64,000 nucleotides of DNA, taken from Corallochytrium limacisporum Hawaii (Eukaryota; Protista; Pluriformea). The stretch spans positions 94,573 through 158,572 of the forward strand of contig PDIP01000105.1 of assembly GCA_002811645.1 (NCBI GenBank), written 5' to 3'. The notes below the pieces were generated by a model. The model had not been told where the DNA came from. It did no database searches and worked only from the letters and a program-made list of their open reading frames with translations. Position numbers and translations under genes: made by a program. Below are positions 1 to 10,635 of this stretch, piece by piece. The number at the start of each line of letters is the position of its first letter. The stretch's first letter is position 1.

Positions 1-673
1 TCTTTAACCCTCCATGGGTCTCCAGAATTTCTGCGTACCCACTCCTCTGTTCTTTATACTCTGTCGATGTACCGTAAGACTCTTCTTCGTCAATCCGGCG
101 CAGTTCGGCTTCCACATCGTATAAATCCCAGGCTTGGAAAACACCCCCTTTGATGCGCTCTGCCTTCCTTTTCGGCTGGGCCTCCTTTGGCTTGATCACA
201 TCGGATTCCGTCAGTGTCTCCCCAACGGGAACCGTTCCGCGAATTGGGATGGAAGGCTGCACCACGCTGCCATTCTGGGCTGCGAGACCTTGATCTAAAT
301 CCTTCATTCGCTGTGTGAAACTGGCCAGGTCAGAGACTATTTCCTCACGTGTTTCTCCCACCAGAGCCTCAGGTGTCTTCTTGGGATCAATCAGAAGCTT
401 CGACCTTGGGTTCAGGTCTCGTAACTTGCACAGCGCATGCTCCAACAGATGGGGATAAGAACCTTCCTTTCCAGACCTGAGCACTTTGACAATCTTTTCG
501 AGAGTCCGCCCATCCTTGCATTGGTCGATGAATTGATAATCAAGATATGCGATTGGTACATTTGCGCCCTCTGCATTCTCCGCGAACGTATATTGGAAGT
601 ACGGATCCCTCTTCTGGCTCTCCGGGAAGCGGTTCAGATACTCGTCCATCCCGCTATCGTCCTTGTGCGGCAT
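1..673 (-). CDS. SPAG1: SPAG1-like TPR co-chaperone / dynein assembly factor, N-terminal part (continues off the left edge)
   Basis: Manual translation from the ATG at 673 (in-frame TGA just upstream): MPHKDDSGMDEYLNRF...VPIAYLDYQFIDQCKDGRTLEKIVKVLRSGKEGSYPHLLEHALCKL...PIRG...AWDLYDVEAELRRIDEE. This matches the SPAG1 N-terminal motifs IPIEHLDFKYIEKC..LEKIL.VLRSGEEG.YP.L and WDKFDVEKE. It is absent from the ORF track, presumably because the ORF runs off the window edge. Confidence 0.85.
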   Translation of the reverse strand, partial: MPHKDDSGMDEYLNRFPESQKRDPYFQYTFAENAEGANVPIAYLDYQFIDQCKDGRTLEKIVKVLRSGKEGSYPHLLEHALCKLRDLNPRSKLLIDPKKTPEALVGETREEIVSDLASFTQRMKDLDQGLAAQNGSVVQPSIPIRGTVPVGETLTESDVIKPKEAQPKRKAERIKGGVFQAWDLYDVEAELRRIDEEESYGTSTEYKEQRSGYAEILETHGGLK

Positions 674-1502
674 ATCTCCTCAGACACTTCTAGGTTGTGT
701 CCGTGGTCGTGAACAATAACATTTATTGCTTTCGCCCATTTGTTACATGTCTGATCAGCCTTGGGGTGTCAATGCTTCATCTGGTTTAAGGCTTCCAAGT
801 AGCAGATTGCAAGTGGCCGCCTGATGAGATCTACTCCAGCCGAACCCGGAATGTATCGTAACACTGGTAAAGAATACGCACCAACTTGATATTGGAGTTG
901 AAATGGGTACGAGTTGCATCGGCAAGGCAGGTCCTCCGTCAGCAGAAAGGGAGAGGCCCGTCCGTACTGAGACCCAAAAGAGACCGAGGACCGCTTGATG
1001 AGCACCTGTGCATGGTCGGGCGGCTGTTCGGTATCACAACTGTGCGCAATCTTTCATCGCATGAACCTCTTGTACACGACCCTCGTCGGAATCGCGAAAG
1101 GCCGTAATTCCCTTCGATTCTCTCCCTCTCCTCTCCCCCTTCCTTGGGGCGGAAGAGCCGGTAATCTTTGGCTTTTTGGGTCACTTGCGCCTTGGAGACC
1201 TTTCCCTTGCTACAGCCACCCGAAACAGAGCTTCACAGTTGATATTTGCAAAATGTCCGTATATCTACGTAGGGTAGGGGCTTTTTCAGGCAACTATTTC
1301 GATGACCGTTTCTCAAGATTGCGATCGCGCAAGCAAGCAACATGACAATGAGACCCACGTCAATTATGAGAACTAGGATTGACATTATGTATTCCATGCT
1401 GAATTGGTATGTTGTGCTTTTGTGTGGTTCTTCTCTCGTTTGAAAGTCGAGAGCATTTTGATGATTTACACCCTATTCTTGTTTGCAACCCCATGCAAAC
1501 GT

Positions 1503-2183
1503 CTACTTGCCAGGGGAACCGAACAGCTTGATGATGTCTTGCCACACCTTATCCGGACTTTGTGCAGCATCCACGCTCTCGTGAATTCCCTTCTTGGAGT
1601 AGAAGTCCACCAAAGGAGTGGTCTGCTTGTGGAAGGCAGCTAGACGGGCCTTCAAAGTCTCCTCGTTGTCGTCCTTTCGGCGAGTCAAGGGTTCTCCAGT
1701 AACGTCGTCGGTCATGGGCTTTTTCGGGGGGTTAAAGTCGACATGGTAAGTACGACCGGAGGGCTGGTGGATCAGACGGCCGGTGATGCGACGGACGAGG
1801 AGAGCATCGCTGATACGGAACTCCAGAACGTGATTCAGGGGGCGGCCTTCCTTTTCGAGGAATTCGTCCAACTTCTCGGCCTGGTTGATGGTGCGCGGGA
1901 AACCGTCAAGCAAGAAACCAGTCTTGCATTCCGGACGAGACAAATTCTCCTTGATCAGACCCAGCACGATCTCGTCGCTGACCAGCTGACCCTTCTCCAT
2001 GACCTCCTTCGCCTTCAGTCCAATCTCGGTTTTGGCCGCAACAGCAGCTCGCAGCATATCACCCGTGGCCAAATGACAAGCGCAGTAGCGCTCCTTGATC
2101 TGAGGAGCCTGGGTACCCTTACCGGCACCAGGTGGTCCGAGCAAGACCGCACGAATTTCTTTCTCGTTCTTCAGAGCCGGCAT
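1503..2183 (-). CDS. AK2: Adenylate kinase 2 type
   Basis: [18 protein letters not shown]-loop, [19 protein letters not shown] and LID motif [13 protein letters not shown]. Confidence 0.95.
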   Translation of the reverse strand: MPALKNEKEIRAVLLGPPGAGKGTQAPQIKERYCACHLATGDMLRAAVAAKTEIGLKAKEVMEKGQLVSDEIVLGLIKENLSRPECKTGFLLDGFPRTINQAEKLDEFLEKEGRPLNHVLEFRISDALLVRRITGRLIHQPSGRTYHVDFNPPKKPMTDDVTGEPLTRRKDDNEETLKARLAAFHKQTTPLVDFYSKKGIHESVDAAQSPDKVWQDIIKLFGSPGK

Positions 2184-3558
2184 GTTTATCTGCTGTTTAT
2201 GAACATGAAATAAGTATGGGTGCCTGGCTATGATTCAAATGTGCGACCACCATGATCATTCAAATAAGTTTCTAGTTCTTTGGCAGCGACGAGCCCCGTA
2301 CTATGATGAAAATCATCAATAACGCGGACGGTAGCCAGTCTCAGTCGTCTTCGCACTCGAGACCAACACACCAACAACGAAGCTCTAAACAGAGAACATG
2401 AAAAAAAAGAAAGGCTCAGACTTCATCCGATTTCCCGCTGTTACTCTTATTGTTTCCCGTCCCGCTGCCTCCGTCCCATTCGTCCGCATCGCCTGCAATT
2501 CTATTGCGAACCACAGCATCCGGCGCTGTACCCTGCACCCACAGAGCGGAAACACCTCAAGCTCTGGGCCTACCGATACCTTCACTCAATACTTTCATTA
2601 TCGCACATTCTGTCGTTTCGGTCGAATCAGCGCGCGTGGGTCACAGGGGTTGCTCGCAATTGCCGGAAACTGGCTTTTGTGTTTAGTCACAGGTTGCTGT
2701 TGGTCGCACCCTACGCTCTTGTGAACGAGCTATCACCACCCATGCATTCAAAACCTATGGCCACTAGTACGCCGTCTGCGGAAGGCTGACAACTTTTGTT
2801 TATGGTCGGTCGGAAGCAAACGAAAAGGCGTGACCGTTCCACATCCAAGCTTTGGTGTGTGAGGCATGACCCTGGACGTGGAATCTCACCATACAACAAA
2901 ACAACAACTGGTCCTCCATAGAAAACAATTGGGTTTCAGTAGGGCCATATTTGTATTTTTCCTAATCTTGTGATTGCACCGAGAACCCAGGGCGTGTCCA
3001 GCGGAAAAGATTTGATCTCAACGTATCATCACTTGCTGAAATCCAGGGGAAGGACTCCATCGGATGGGGGGTGGGCGGCTGTCCGTTCTGCCGCTGACAC
3101 TCGTGAACGCATGACTACTGTACGCAATACTCGGCACAGCACGAACCACCTATCCTGCGCATTCGGATTTCCGCCCTTAACGGAAGCGCTTTAAACAGAA
3201 ATCATTGTCAGATAGCATGTGCTTTCCGATATCCCGCCCGGGAATATCTATGTACGGGGGGTTTTAAACTCGCTCGCCAGTGGCTGGCTCGCTACGGGCA
3301 GGAGCGGCCCAAAGCAGACGAGATCCACGCGGGTTTGGATGAGGCGAAAAGAGTTTGCTACTCTTGCCTAGCAGGACTAACGGGTGAAAATGGTTATAAT
3401 GCAACACCAGTTGTAATGTTGGAAGCACGTTAACTATACATTTTCTCAGTGGTATTTTAAGGGTGCAGTCAGACGTCAAGGCCGAGTGCAGTAGCGGCAT
3501 CTCTTTGGAGGCAGGAAGTGCCTCCCCGTGGCAGGGATGCCAGGTTCAAGGTGACAAT

Positions 3559-3636
3559 GTAAGTACAATCTATTTATTCGGTTCCTGGCATTTCAAGGAT
3601 GATTACTTTACCATGCTAATATTGACGTTCTTACAG
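3559..3636 (+). other. Predicted spliceosomal intron (78 nt) in a non-coding or leader transcript
   Basis: GTAAGT donor at 3559, GCTAAT branch at 3615-3620, TTCTTACAG acceptor ending 3636. Confidence 0.65.
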
Positions 3637-3668
3637 GACGGTGGAAATGTTACTTTGACATTCTCTGA

Positions 3669-3738
3669 GCAAGTGTCAAGCCGTACTCAATCTTTCGTCT
3701 TTCTCCTGAATCTGTTTCTAACGTATCCGCATCTTTAG
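3669..3738 (+). other. Predicted GC-AG intron (70 nt)
   Basis: GCAAGT donor at 3669, CTAAC branch at 3718-3722, CATCTTTAG acceptor ending 3738. Confidence 0.5.
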
Positions 3739-4217
3739 TCTATCTATTTAACACAACAGTCTTGAAAAGAGATCATCATGGTTCCACTTTGCGGTGCATC
3801 TTGAGGTGATAGTTTTGGAATATCGAAAGCGCCAATGGGGACTCATTGTGAGTTCTTGTAACAGTAGGCCCTCACAGTGCATAATATAATCAATATTACT
3901 TATTCTTCCATACTAAGATAGAATATATTGATTAATAATCCTGGTCCATCCCCGCTCTTTGCTTCCCTGTATTTCGGATATGTACACACACATTCTCAAC
4001 TGTGCCTCCACCAAGAAAATTCTGCGAGGTTGTTTTCGGACGGGATCTCCGCGGTTCCCCCCCCCCTCTTCTTGTGCCGCGTACTTCGGGGCTCCGCGAG
4101 GACCGTGCGACGAAGATCGTGTTGGCACGACCGGCTACTTAATGTGGAGGCGAATATGAATCTAACCGCCTTGTGTGCAGTCTTTCATGACGACGACAAT
4201 CAGAGCGACAACAATAT

Positions 4218-4289
4218 GTAAGTTTATGACTGAAAACGAGATGGTCTTTGCGGAGACTTTCGCTCGCTGTTGACAAGGAATATATTCAG
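4218..4289 (+). other. Predicted 5'UTR intron of TM9SF1 (72 nt)
   Basis: GTAAGT donor at 4218, TTGAC branch-like site near 4270, TATTCAG acceptor ending one base before A-ATG (ATG at 4291). Confidence 0.6.
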
Positions 4290-4290
4290 A

Positions 4291-6045
4291 ATGCTGAAGC
4301 AATACTTTGTGGGATCGCTCACAGCCTTTGCAGCTGTGGCTGCCCAGGGAGTGTACCAGACAAATGACTTAGTACCAGTGTATGTTAACTCGGTTGGTCC
4401 ATTTTTCAACCCGGCGGAGACGTACCTGTACTACAGCTTACCGTTCTGCCAGCCCGATGACATCGAGAAGGTCAGCGCCGGTCTTGCAGGGAATCTCGCT
4501 GGCGATCGTGTCCGCAGTAGTGGTTTCCAGCTCAACTTTGGCAAAAACGAAGATAACAAGGTATTATGCACTGCACGGCTGACCAAGGCAGACATAAATA
4601 AGTTCATCCACGCTATCGAGGAATTGTACAACTTTGAGATATTAGTAGATGGGTTGATTGCGCAGGAATTTGTGGGATATCTCGAGGAGCAGGCCTTCCC
4701 TCATGCGCATCATACATCGCTTTATACTCACACAGATTTCACTATTGGGTACAATGGCAACCAAGTAATCGATGTCACCGTAACGATGAGGGATCTGGAG
4801 GAACTATTCCCGGAAACAGAGGAACTTAGACTAAAGTTCACTTACTCGGTGACGTGGCAGGCTAAGCCACTTAGTGAAAGCCAGCGTGACAAGCAAGTAC
4901 ACAACCAAGACATGTTTCCTCGGACTCTTGAAGTGCACTGGCTGTCAGTTATTAATTCAATCATGTTGGTTGCACTTCTAACGGGGTGCGTATCGATCAT
5001 TTTGTTGCGGATCCTTAAGCAGGATATTGCACGATACAACCGGATGGGCGATGAAGAGGATTTTGGCCTTCCAGGCACCGAAGAGTACGGTTGGAAGCTA
5101 ATTCATGGTGATGTGTTTCGGTTTCCGGAATTCAAGCGTCCTCTGTGTGCCATTGTTGGTGCAGGCAGCCAGTTTATCGCGCTTGCGATCTTCATCATGG
5201 TGCTGGCAATTCTGGACATTTTCAATGTGCATCGTCATGGAGCGTTAAATGCGGCAGCAGTGGTCTTGTATGCCATGTCTTCGTGCGTAGCAGGATATAT
5301 ATCAGGTTTCTTGTACAAACAAATGGGAGGAGACAAGTGGGTGTCCAACGCCTTGCTCACGGCGTCAGTTTTTGTCGGTCCGTTCCTGACCATCTGGTCG
5401 ATTATGAATTCTGTGGCGTGGTCTTACGGATCCACTCAGGCCATTCCATTGGGTACTGCAATTGGCCTGGCATTTCTCTGGGTCTTTGTTGGTTTTCCGG
5501 GCTGTATTGTCGGGTCCGTCCTTGGTAAGAACCGGGCAAATCCTATGGACGTGCCAAGCCGTACGAAGATGATCCCTCGAGAGATTCCTGCCACCCACTG
5601 GCTGCGAAGCTGGCCTTTGCTCTCTGTGCTTGGTGGGATTCTTCCCTTCTGTGCGATCTGCATTGAGCTGTACTACGTCTTTGCAACAGTCTTTGGGCGC
5701 CAACCGTACACTCTGTTTGGTATTTTGCTGATTGTGTTCGTGATTCTCATGTGTGTGACAGCGTGCATGACCATTATGCTAATCTACTTCCAGCTGTCCG
5801 CGGAGGACTATCGCTGGTGGTGGAACTCTGTTTGGTACTCTGGCAGCACATCGCTCTTCATCTTCCTGTACGGTGTATACTATTTCGAAGAACGGTCTAG
5901 CATGAGCGGTGTAGTCCAAACCACGGACTTCTTTGGCAATCTGATCATCGGATGTTACATCTTTTTCCTTATGCTTGGCACCGTCGGCTTCTTTAGTGCT
6001 TTTGTCTTTGTGCGATACATTTACAGCACACTGAAGACCGACTGA
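4291..6045 (+). CDS. TM9SF1: Transmembrane 9 superfamily (nonaspanin) member, TM9SF1-like
   Basis: Signal peptide, YVNSVGPFFNPAETYLYYSLPFC, FPRTLEVHWLSVINS, GWKLIHGDVFRFP, HRHGALN, EDYRWWW and C-terminal KTD Golgi-retention motif. The first ATG is 4291; the ORF-track start at 4270 is TTG. Confidence 0.92.
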   Translation: MLKQYFVGSLTAFAAVAAQGVYQTNDLVPVYVNSVGPFFNPAETYLYYSLPFCQPDDIEKVSAGLAGNLAGDRVRSSGFQLNFGKNEDNKVLCTARLTKADINKFIHAIEELYNFEILVDGLIAQEFVGYLEEQAFPHAHHTSLYTHTDFTIGYNGNQVIDVTVTMRDLEELFPETEELRLKFTYSVTWQAKPLSESQRDKQVHNQDMFPRTLEVHWLSVINSIMLVALLTGCVSIILLRILKQDIARYNRMGDEEDFGLPGTEEYGWKLIHGDVFRFPEFKRPLCAIVGAGSQFIALAIFIMVLAILDIFNVHRHGALNAAAVVLYAMSSCVAGYISGFLYKQMGGDKWVSNALLTASVFVGPFLTIWSIMNSVAWSYGSTQAIPLGTAIGLAFLWVFVGFPGCIVGSVLGKNRANPMDVPSRTKMIPREIPATHWLRSWPLLSVLGGILPFCAICIELYYVFATVFGRQPYTLFGILLIVFVILMCVTACMTIMLIYFQLSAEDYRWWWNSVWYSGSTSLFIFLYGVYYFEERSSMSGVVQTTDFFGNLIIGCYIFFLMLGTVGFFSAFVFVRYIYSTLKTD

Positions 6046-6446
6046 TCTAATTGCTGTTACAGTTGACCTTTCTTGGTATGATGATGTTACGAATAGAAGG
6101 CATATTTAGTGTAACTGCGTTAATGATGAGGCCCAATCTTTCCACGGTTATCGAGATTGCTGTGTATTAAAATGGTGTGCCCAAATTGACTGAGTCGACC
6201 TCAAGTCAATGACTATTGAGTTCAACGTAAACATCAAGAATGAAAGCTTTTGAATCGTTTATTCAGTTTAAGTTTGTAGGTACAAAGTCAATGTTTCTTT
6301 TGAAGAGGCGCTTTCTCTGTTTTAGGAGCTGTATGATTCTTCCTCGACAGACGCTTATACAGAGATGATGATTATGCTTGGTGATCTAAACACAAATGAT
6401 GTCATGTTGTTATATGGGCTGTTTCAGATGAATACATTTGTTTTGT

Positions 6447-7943
6447 CTACACACCAAAGCCCTCCTCCTCCACAAACGTGAAGCCCTTGAACTGAGCCTG
6501 CAGTGTCTTGCTCAGGGCAGAGTCCTCAACCACAGAGTCCAGGGCGGGCATGGCCGTGAACTCCTCGTCAAAGTTGGAAGTGTCCAGCTTGTCAGCCAGC
6601 GGAGGTTTCCAAGCGGGCTGGAGGCTCTTGGCCAGCAGGGAATCCCAGTCCACGGCCTTGAAGAAGTCGCTCCGCTTAATGGTCAGTGCGCCGTCCTTGC
6701 CACTGCCGAGACGCTTGGTAGGATCACGCTGCAGCAGGTTGGTAATGACCTGCTTGGCAGCAGGAGATACGTCATTGGGGAATGTTAGCTCGCCGTAAAG
6801 GATCTTCTGGTACATGGCGTTGGTGTTTTCATCGTAGAAGGGGGGCAGACCAGTGAGCATCTCGTACAGGAGGATCCCCAGGGTCCACCAGTCGACGGAA
6901 GGACCATAACCCTTCTGTTGGAGAACCTCGGGGGCCATGTACTCTGGTGTACCGCAGAAGGTATTGGTAGTGTCATTGTGCCGCACGTTCTCCTTGCACA
7001 GACCAAAATCGGTCAGAGCAATGTAGCCGTCATAGTCAATGAGAATGTTTTCGGGCTTGAGATCACGGTAGATGACATCTTGCTTGTGGAGGTGCTCCAA
7101 AGCGAGCAGAAGTTGGGCAGCGTAGAAACGAGCGCGTTCCTCGGCAAATGTACCCTCATTCTGCAGATGGAAGAACAACTCACCTCCGTTGACGTAGTCC
7201 AGCACCAGGTAGACTTTGTCCGCGGTCTGGAAGCTGAACTTCAGACCGACCAGGAAAGGGTTGGTGTTCTTGGCAAGGATTTTGCGCTCAGCCTTTGTGT
7301 GCTCAATCTCCTCCCGGGCTGCCAGTTGGGATTTCTTCAGAATCTTCATGGCATAGATACGACCTGTGTCTTTCTTGCGGACTTGCATGACCTTACCAAA
7401 GGAACCCTTGCCGATGACCTTGAGGAGCTCAAAGTCGTCAATGGTGAGCTTCTTGCTGCCCATTTTGAAGATGGTGGCAACCTTGATTTCGCCGCTGACC
7501 TTCTGCTTGCCGTTCAGGCTGGTAAGGCTGTACCAGTGCTCGTGGTTAAAGCCTGGCTGGCTGAGGTTTGGTTGGATCTGTACCTGACCAATGAAGTCCT
7601 GCCCACTGGGAGCAGTGGAGTCCTGGACCGTGATGGTCAAGTCGTCCAGGTTGGTTATGTCATACTGCAGTGTAAAGTTCCAGGCACCGTTGACCTTCGC
7701 AGTCGGAGGAGTCAGGATCTGGTTGTGACCGTATGAGATCACGCACAAAGGACGAGCACCAGGCTTGGTCGTAATGTTGCGCGACTCAATAATGCGGACA
7801 ACGAGCTTGCCTCCTGTGGTAAGGTCAACCTTGGCGTCAGTGACAGCGGGGGCAACAGCGGTCACGGCGGTGGCCTTGGTATTGGAAGGCTCGGGAGCAA
7901 TGGCTTGAGCAACCTTCTCCTTCTTCTTGCTAAAGAGGCCCAT
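6447..7943 (-). CDS. Ypk1/Gad8/SGK-type AGC Ser/Thr kinase with C2 domain
   Basis: MGLFSKKK N-terminus, C2-like region, LTIDDFELLKVIGKGSFGKVMQVRKKDT, TFCGTPEY activation loop, AGC tail NFDEEFT and hydrophobic motif FKGFTF. Confidence 0.92.
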   Translation of the reverse strand: MGLFSKKKEKVAQAIAPEPSNTKATAVTAVAPAVTDAKVDLTTGGKLVVRIIESRNITTKPGARPLCVISYGHNQILTPPTAKVNGAWNFTLQYDITNLDDLTITVQDSTAPSGQDFIGQVQIQPNLSQPGFNHEHWYSLTSLNGKQKVSGEIKVATIFKMGSKKLTIDDFELLKVIGKGSFGKVMQVRKKDTGRIYAMKILKKSQLAAREEIEHTKAERKILAKNTNPFLVGLKFSFQTADKVYLVLDYVNGGELFFHLQNEGTFAEERARFYAAQLLLALEHLHKQDVIYRDLKPENILIDYDGYIALTDFGLCKENVRHNDTTNTFCGTPEYMAPEVLQQKGYGPSVDWWTLGILLYEMLTGLPPFYDENTNAMYQKILYGELTFPNDVSPAAKQVITNLLQRDPTKRLGSGKDGALTIKRSDFFKAVDWDSLLAKSLQPAWKPPLADKLDTSNFDEEFTAMPALDSVVEDSALSKTLQAQFKGFTFVEEEGFGV

Positions 7944-8096
7944 GTTTTCGAAATACTGAGACGCTCAATCCCTTTGCTGAGAAAGATCTTTCTATATGTA
8001 ATACTTCCCGGGCACTAAAGGATGATTTAGTCTGACCCGAAGTTGCAGTCTGCCCCGAGTTCGTATATTGTCCCCTGTTCGTCACAAGCACAAACG

Positions 8097-8119
8097 CACA
8101 CACACACACACACACACAC
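8097..8119. repeat. (CA)n microsatellite upstream of the AGC kinase
   Basis: Direct read: cacacaca... Confidence 0.9.
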
Positions 8120-8264
8120 TAGAAGGACTAATCACAATTTAAACCGCCGTATTTCGTCCGAGAAATTTGAGCTTTTATAGCAGATTATTTGTACCATACG
8201 AATTTTGTCCTTGACAATCCACCGTAATATGCACACACGACACTTAAATTCTTAACAGGGCATG

Positions 8265-8405
8265 CTGAGACAGCGATACTTGCAATCAGTTGGACCAAAG
8301 AACGAACAGTACAATGACATGGGTTCCAAGGCAAATTGTTTAAGAACTCTTCCGCAGATGCCGCTTTACTGCAGCACAAGTGGTAACTCTAGTGTACGTA
8401 CTCAC
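8265..8405 (-). other. Predicted 5' leader intron of the AGC kinase (141 nt)
   Basis: Minus strand: GTGAGT donor at 8405, ACTGAT branch at 8290-8285, TGTCTCAG acceptor ending 8265. Confidence 0.4.
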
Positions 8406-8801
8406 GTCAATCTGACTCCTTGATTGTTTAAACAAGGGGTTCTCCGGCAGTGCATGAAACCGCCGAGGAAGCATATTGGATACACTCCATCCCCTTCCCC
8501 GAGCATTCCAAATCCCATTGAAAATATACTGTTCAGGGAAACCTGATTCGTGGAGAACGATTGGGGAGGAGGGTTAGAAGTTCGGCAAGGTTCAGGCTTA
8601 CGGAGGTGGCGCACCCACCCTTCCCCCTTCCCTTCTCCCCTTTTCGGGGGACGGGAACATTGAAAACCACCGCTTTTTCCCTTGGAGCTCTCTCTCTTTT
8701 TCCCGTTTGCCGTTGAAACGGAGGGGGAGGCCTGGCAAGTTTTGTTCCTGGGGGGAAGGGGGGGAGGGGGGGTTGTCAGAAAGAAAAGAACCCCTCCCCC
8801 C

Positions 8802-9399
8802 NNNNNNNNNNNNNNNNNNNNNNNNNNNNNNNNNNNNNNNNNNNNNNNNNNNNNNNNNNNNNNNNNNNNNNNNNNNNNNNNNNNNNNNNNNNNNNNNNNN
8901 NNNNNNNNNNNNNNNNNNNNNNNNNNNNNNNNNNNNNNNNNNNNNNNNNNNNNNNNNNNNNNNNNNNNNNNNNNNNNNNNNNNNNNNNNNNNNNNNNNNN
9001 NNNNNNNNNNNNNNNNNNNNNNNNNNNNNNNNNNNNNNNNNNNNNNNNNNNNNNNNNNNNNNNNNNNNNNNNNNNNNNNNNNNNNNNNNNNNNNNNNNNN
9101 NNNNNNNNNNNNNNNNNNNNNNNNNNNNNNNNNNNNNNNNNNNNNNNNNNNNNNNNNNNNNNNNNNNNNNNNNNNNNNNNNNNNNNNNNNNNNNNNNNNN
9201 NNNNNNNNNNNNNNNNNNNNNNNNNNNNNNNNNNNNNNNNNNNNNNNNNNNNNNNNNNNNNNNNNNNNNNNNNNNNNNNNNNNNNNNNNNNNNNNNNNNN
9301 NNNNNNNNNNNNNNNNNNNNNNNNNNNNNNNNNNNNNNNNNNNNNNNNNNNNNNNNNNNNNNNNNNNNNNNNNNNNNNNNNNNNNNNNNNNNNNNNNNN
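8802..9399. other. Assembly gap flanked by a C-run (left) and a G-run (right)
   Basis: N run. Confidence 0.99.
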
Positions 9400-10635
9400 G
9401 GGGGGGGCAAAGGGGCTTTGGGGGTCTTAAGTTCCTGGTGGAAGGATGACAGTAACTGTAGACACGAAAGAGATTGGTATCTTTGTTGGCACCTTTGTCG
9501 CATCTCCTCCTTTCCTCGAAAATCGATTTGCGTGTGAGTGTGTGAGTGTGTGTGCGTGCGTGTGTGTGCATGTCCCTCTTCCATTGTTCTTTCGCTTTCT
9601 CTGGGTGCAGTGTGTGAGCCCGACATGTCTGCTGGTTAAGCTTCTCAACACACCAGCATGTCAACTCCAGACAGCGGGTTCGTGCCTCCATACTGTACGT
9701 ATGCACAACGTGCCGATGGCAACACCCTCTTGAGACCCATCGTTCACAGGATGGGCCCTTCTTTGCTGTGGTGCTTGTAGATCCACTGCACACTTTCCAG
9801 CCAATCGGAGGGCCGGAAGCCAATCATGGGAATTGTATGCAAGGAACGACCAACACTGTGCTTTGGGGTTCGGTCTGGCTTTTGCAGATAATGCTTATGC
9901 CATCAATTTTTATGGCATTTGGCCCAAGAGCTTTAGATGGCCGCACCGCAACGCAGTGTGCAATCTATGTATGTTGGACATCTTCAATCTGTACTGCAGG
10001 TGGCAACTGCAGGCGACATAGTGTTTGCGGAATGATGCCCGGCCCGGTCGTGGTTTGCTACGTTTTGGCCTCCCGCCTATGTACCGGAGAAACAGCGGTT
10101 GAGTAGGGAACGAGAGGGGGAGAGTTGGGGGAGAGGAGAGAAGGAGCGCAGAGGTGCACCTTCAGAAAATTAAAGGCCGAACCGGCGTGGGGTAACGCTC
10201 CACCGTGGGCGGCTCTACCCCCCTGGTGCTCTCGACGGTGCAGGCATAAAATGCTTCTGGTTCGTGGTCCCCTTAAGGGAGAGTGGTTTTCTGCTCCATT
10301 TTCTAGATACTGCACTCACCTATGTGATCAAAATAGCAGGACCATACGTATGGTGTATTTTACGTGCCCGATGGCGCCTCCTCTAAGTCTATTATCATCT
10401 GATTGTTCTGTGCCCACTCCATGGTACAGTGAGGGCACCTTTTAGAAGCCGTTCCACGCCTCGAAAGGAATGTGTGTCAGTGGAAGAAGGGGCAATCTTC
10501 TAACCCTGGGGTTTCATTTGGCTGTTCAGCTTCCTACAAACGGGTGCGGCCCTTCCGCTTAGACTCTAACTGCGATCTAGTGCAATGTGTAAGCCACACT
10601 GTATTTCCTCTTACGGTTTGAATGGTGAAGTTCAC

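Noticed and set aside
6123-6193. ATGATGA...CTGA resembling a box C/D snoRNA
   Set aside because: No terminal stem and no rRNA-complementary guide that I can recognise; lies in an AT-rich 3'UTR where such words arise by chance
8402-9823. Long ORFs spanning N-gaps (also around 28300-28970, 36730-37400, 43530-44340)
   Set aside because: Artefacts of translating Ns and low-complexity flanks
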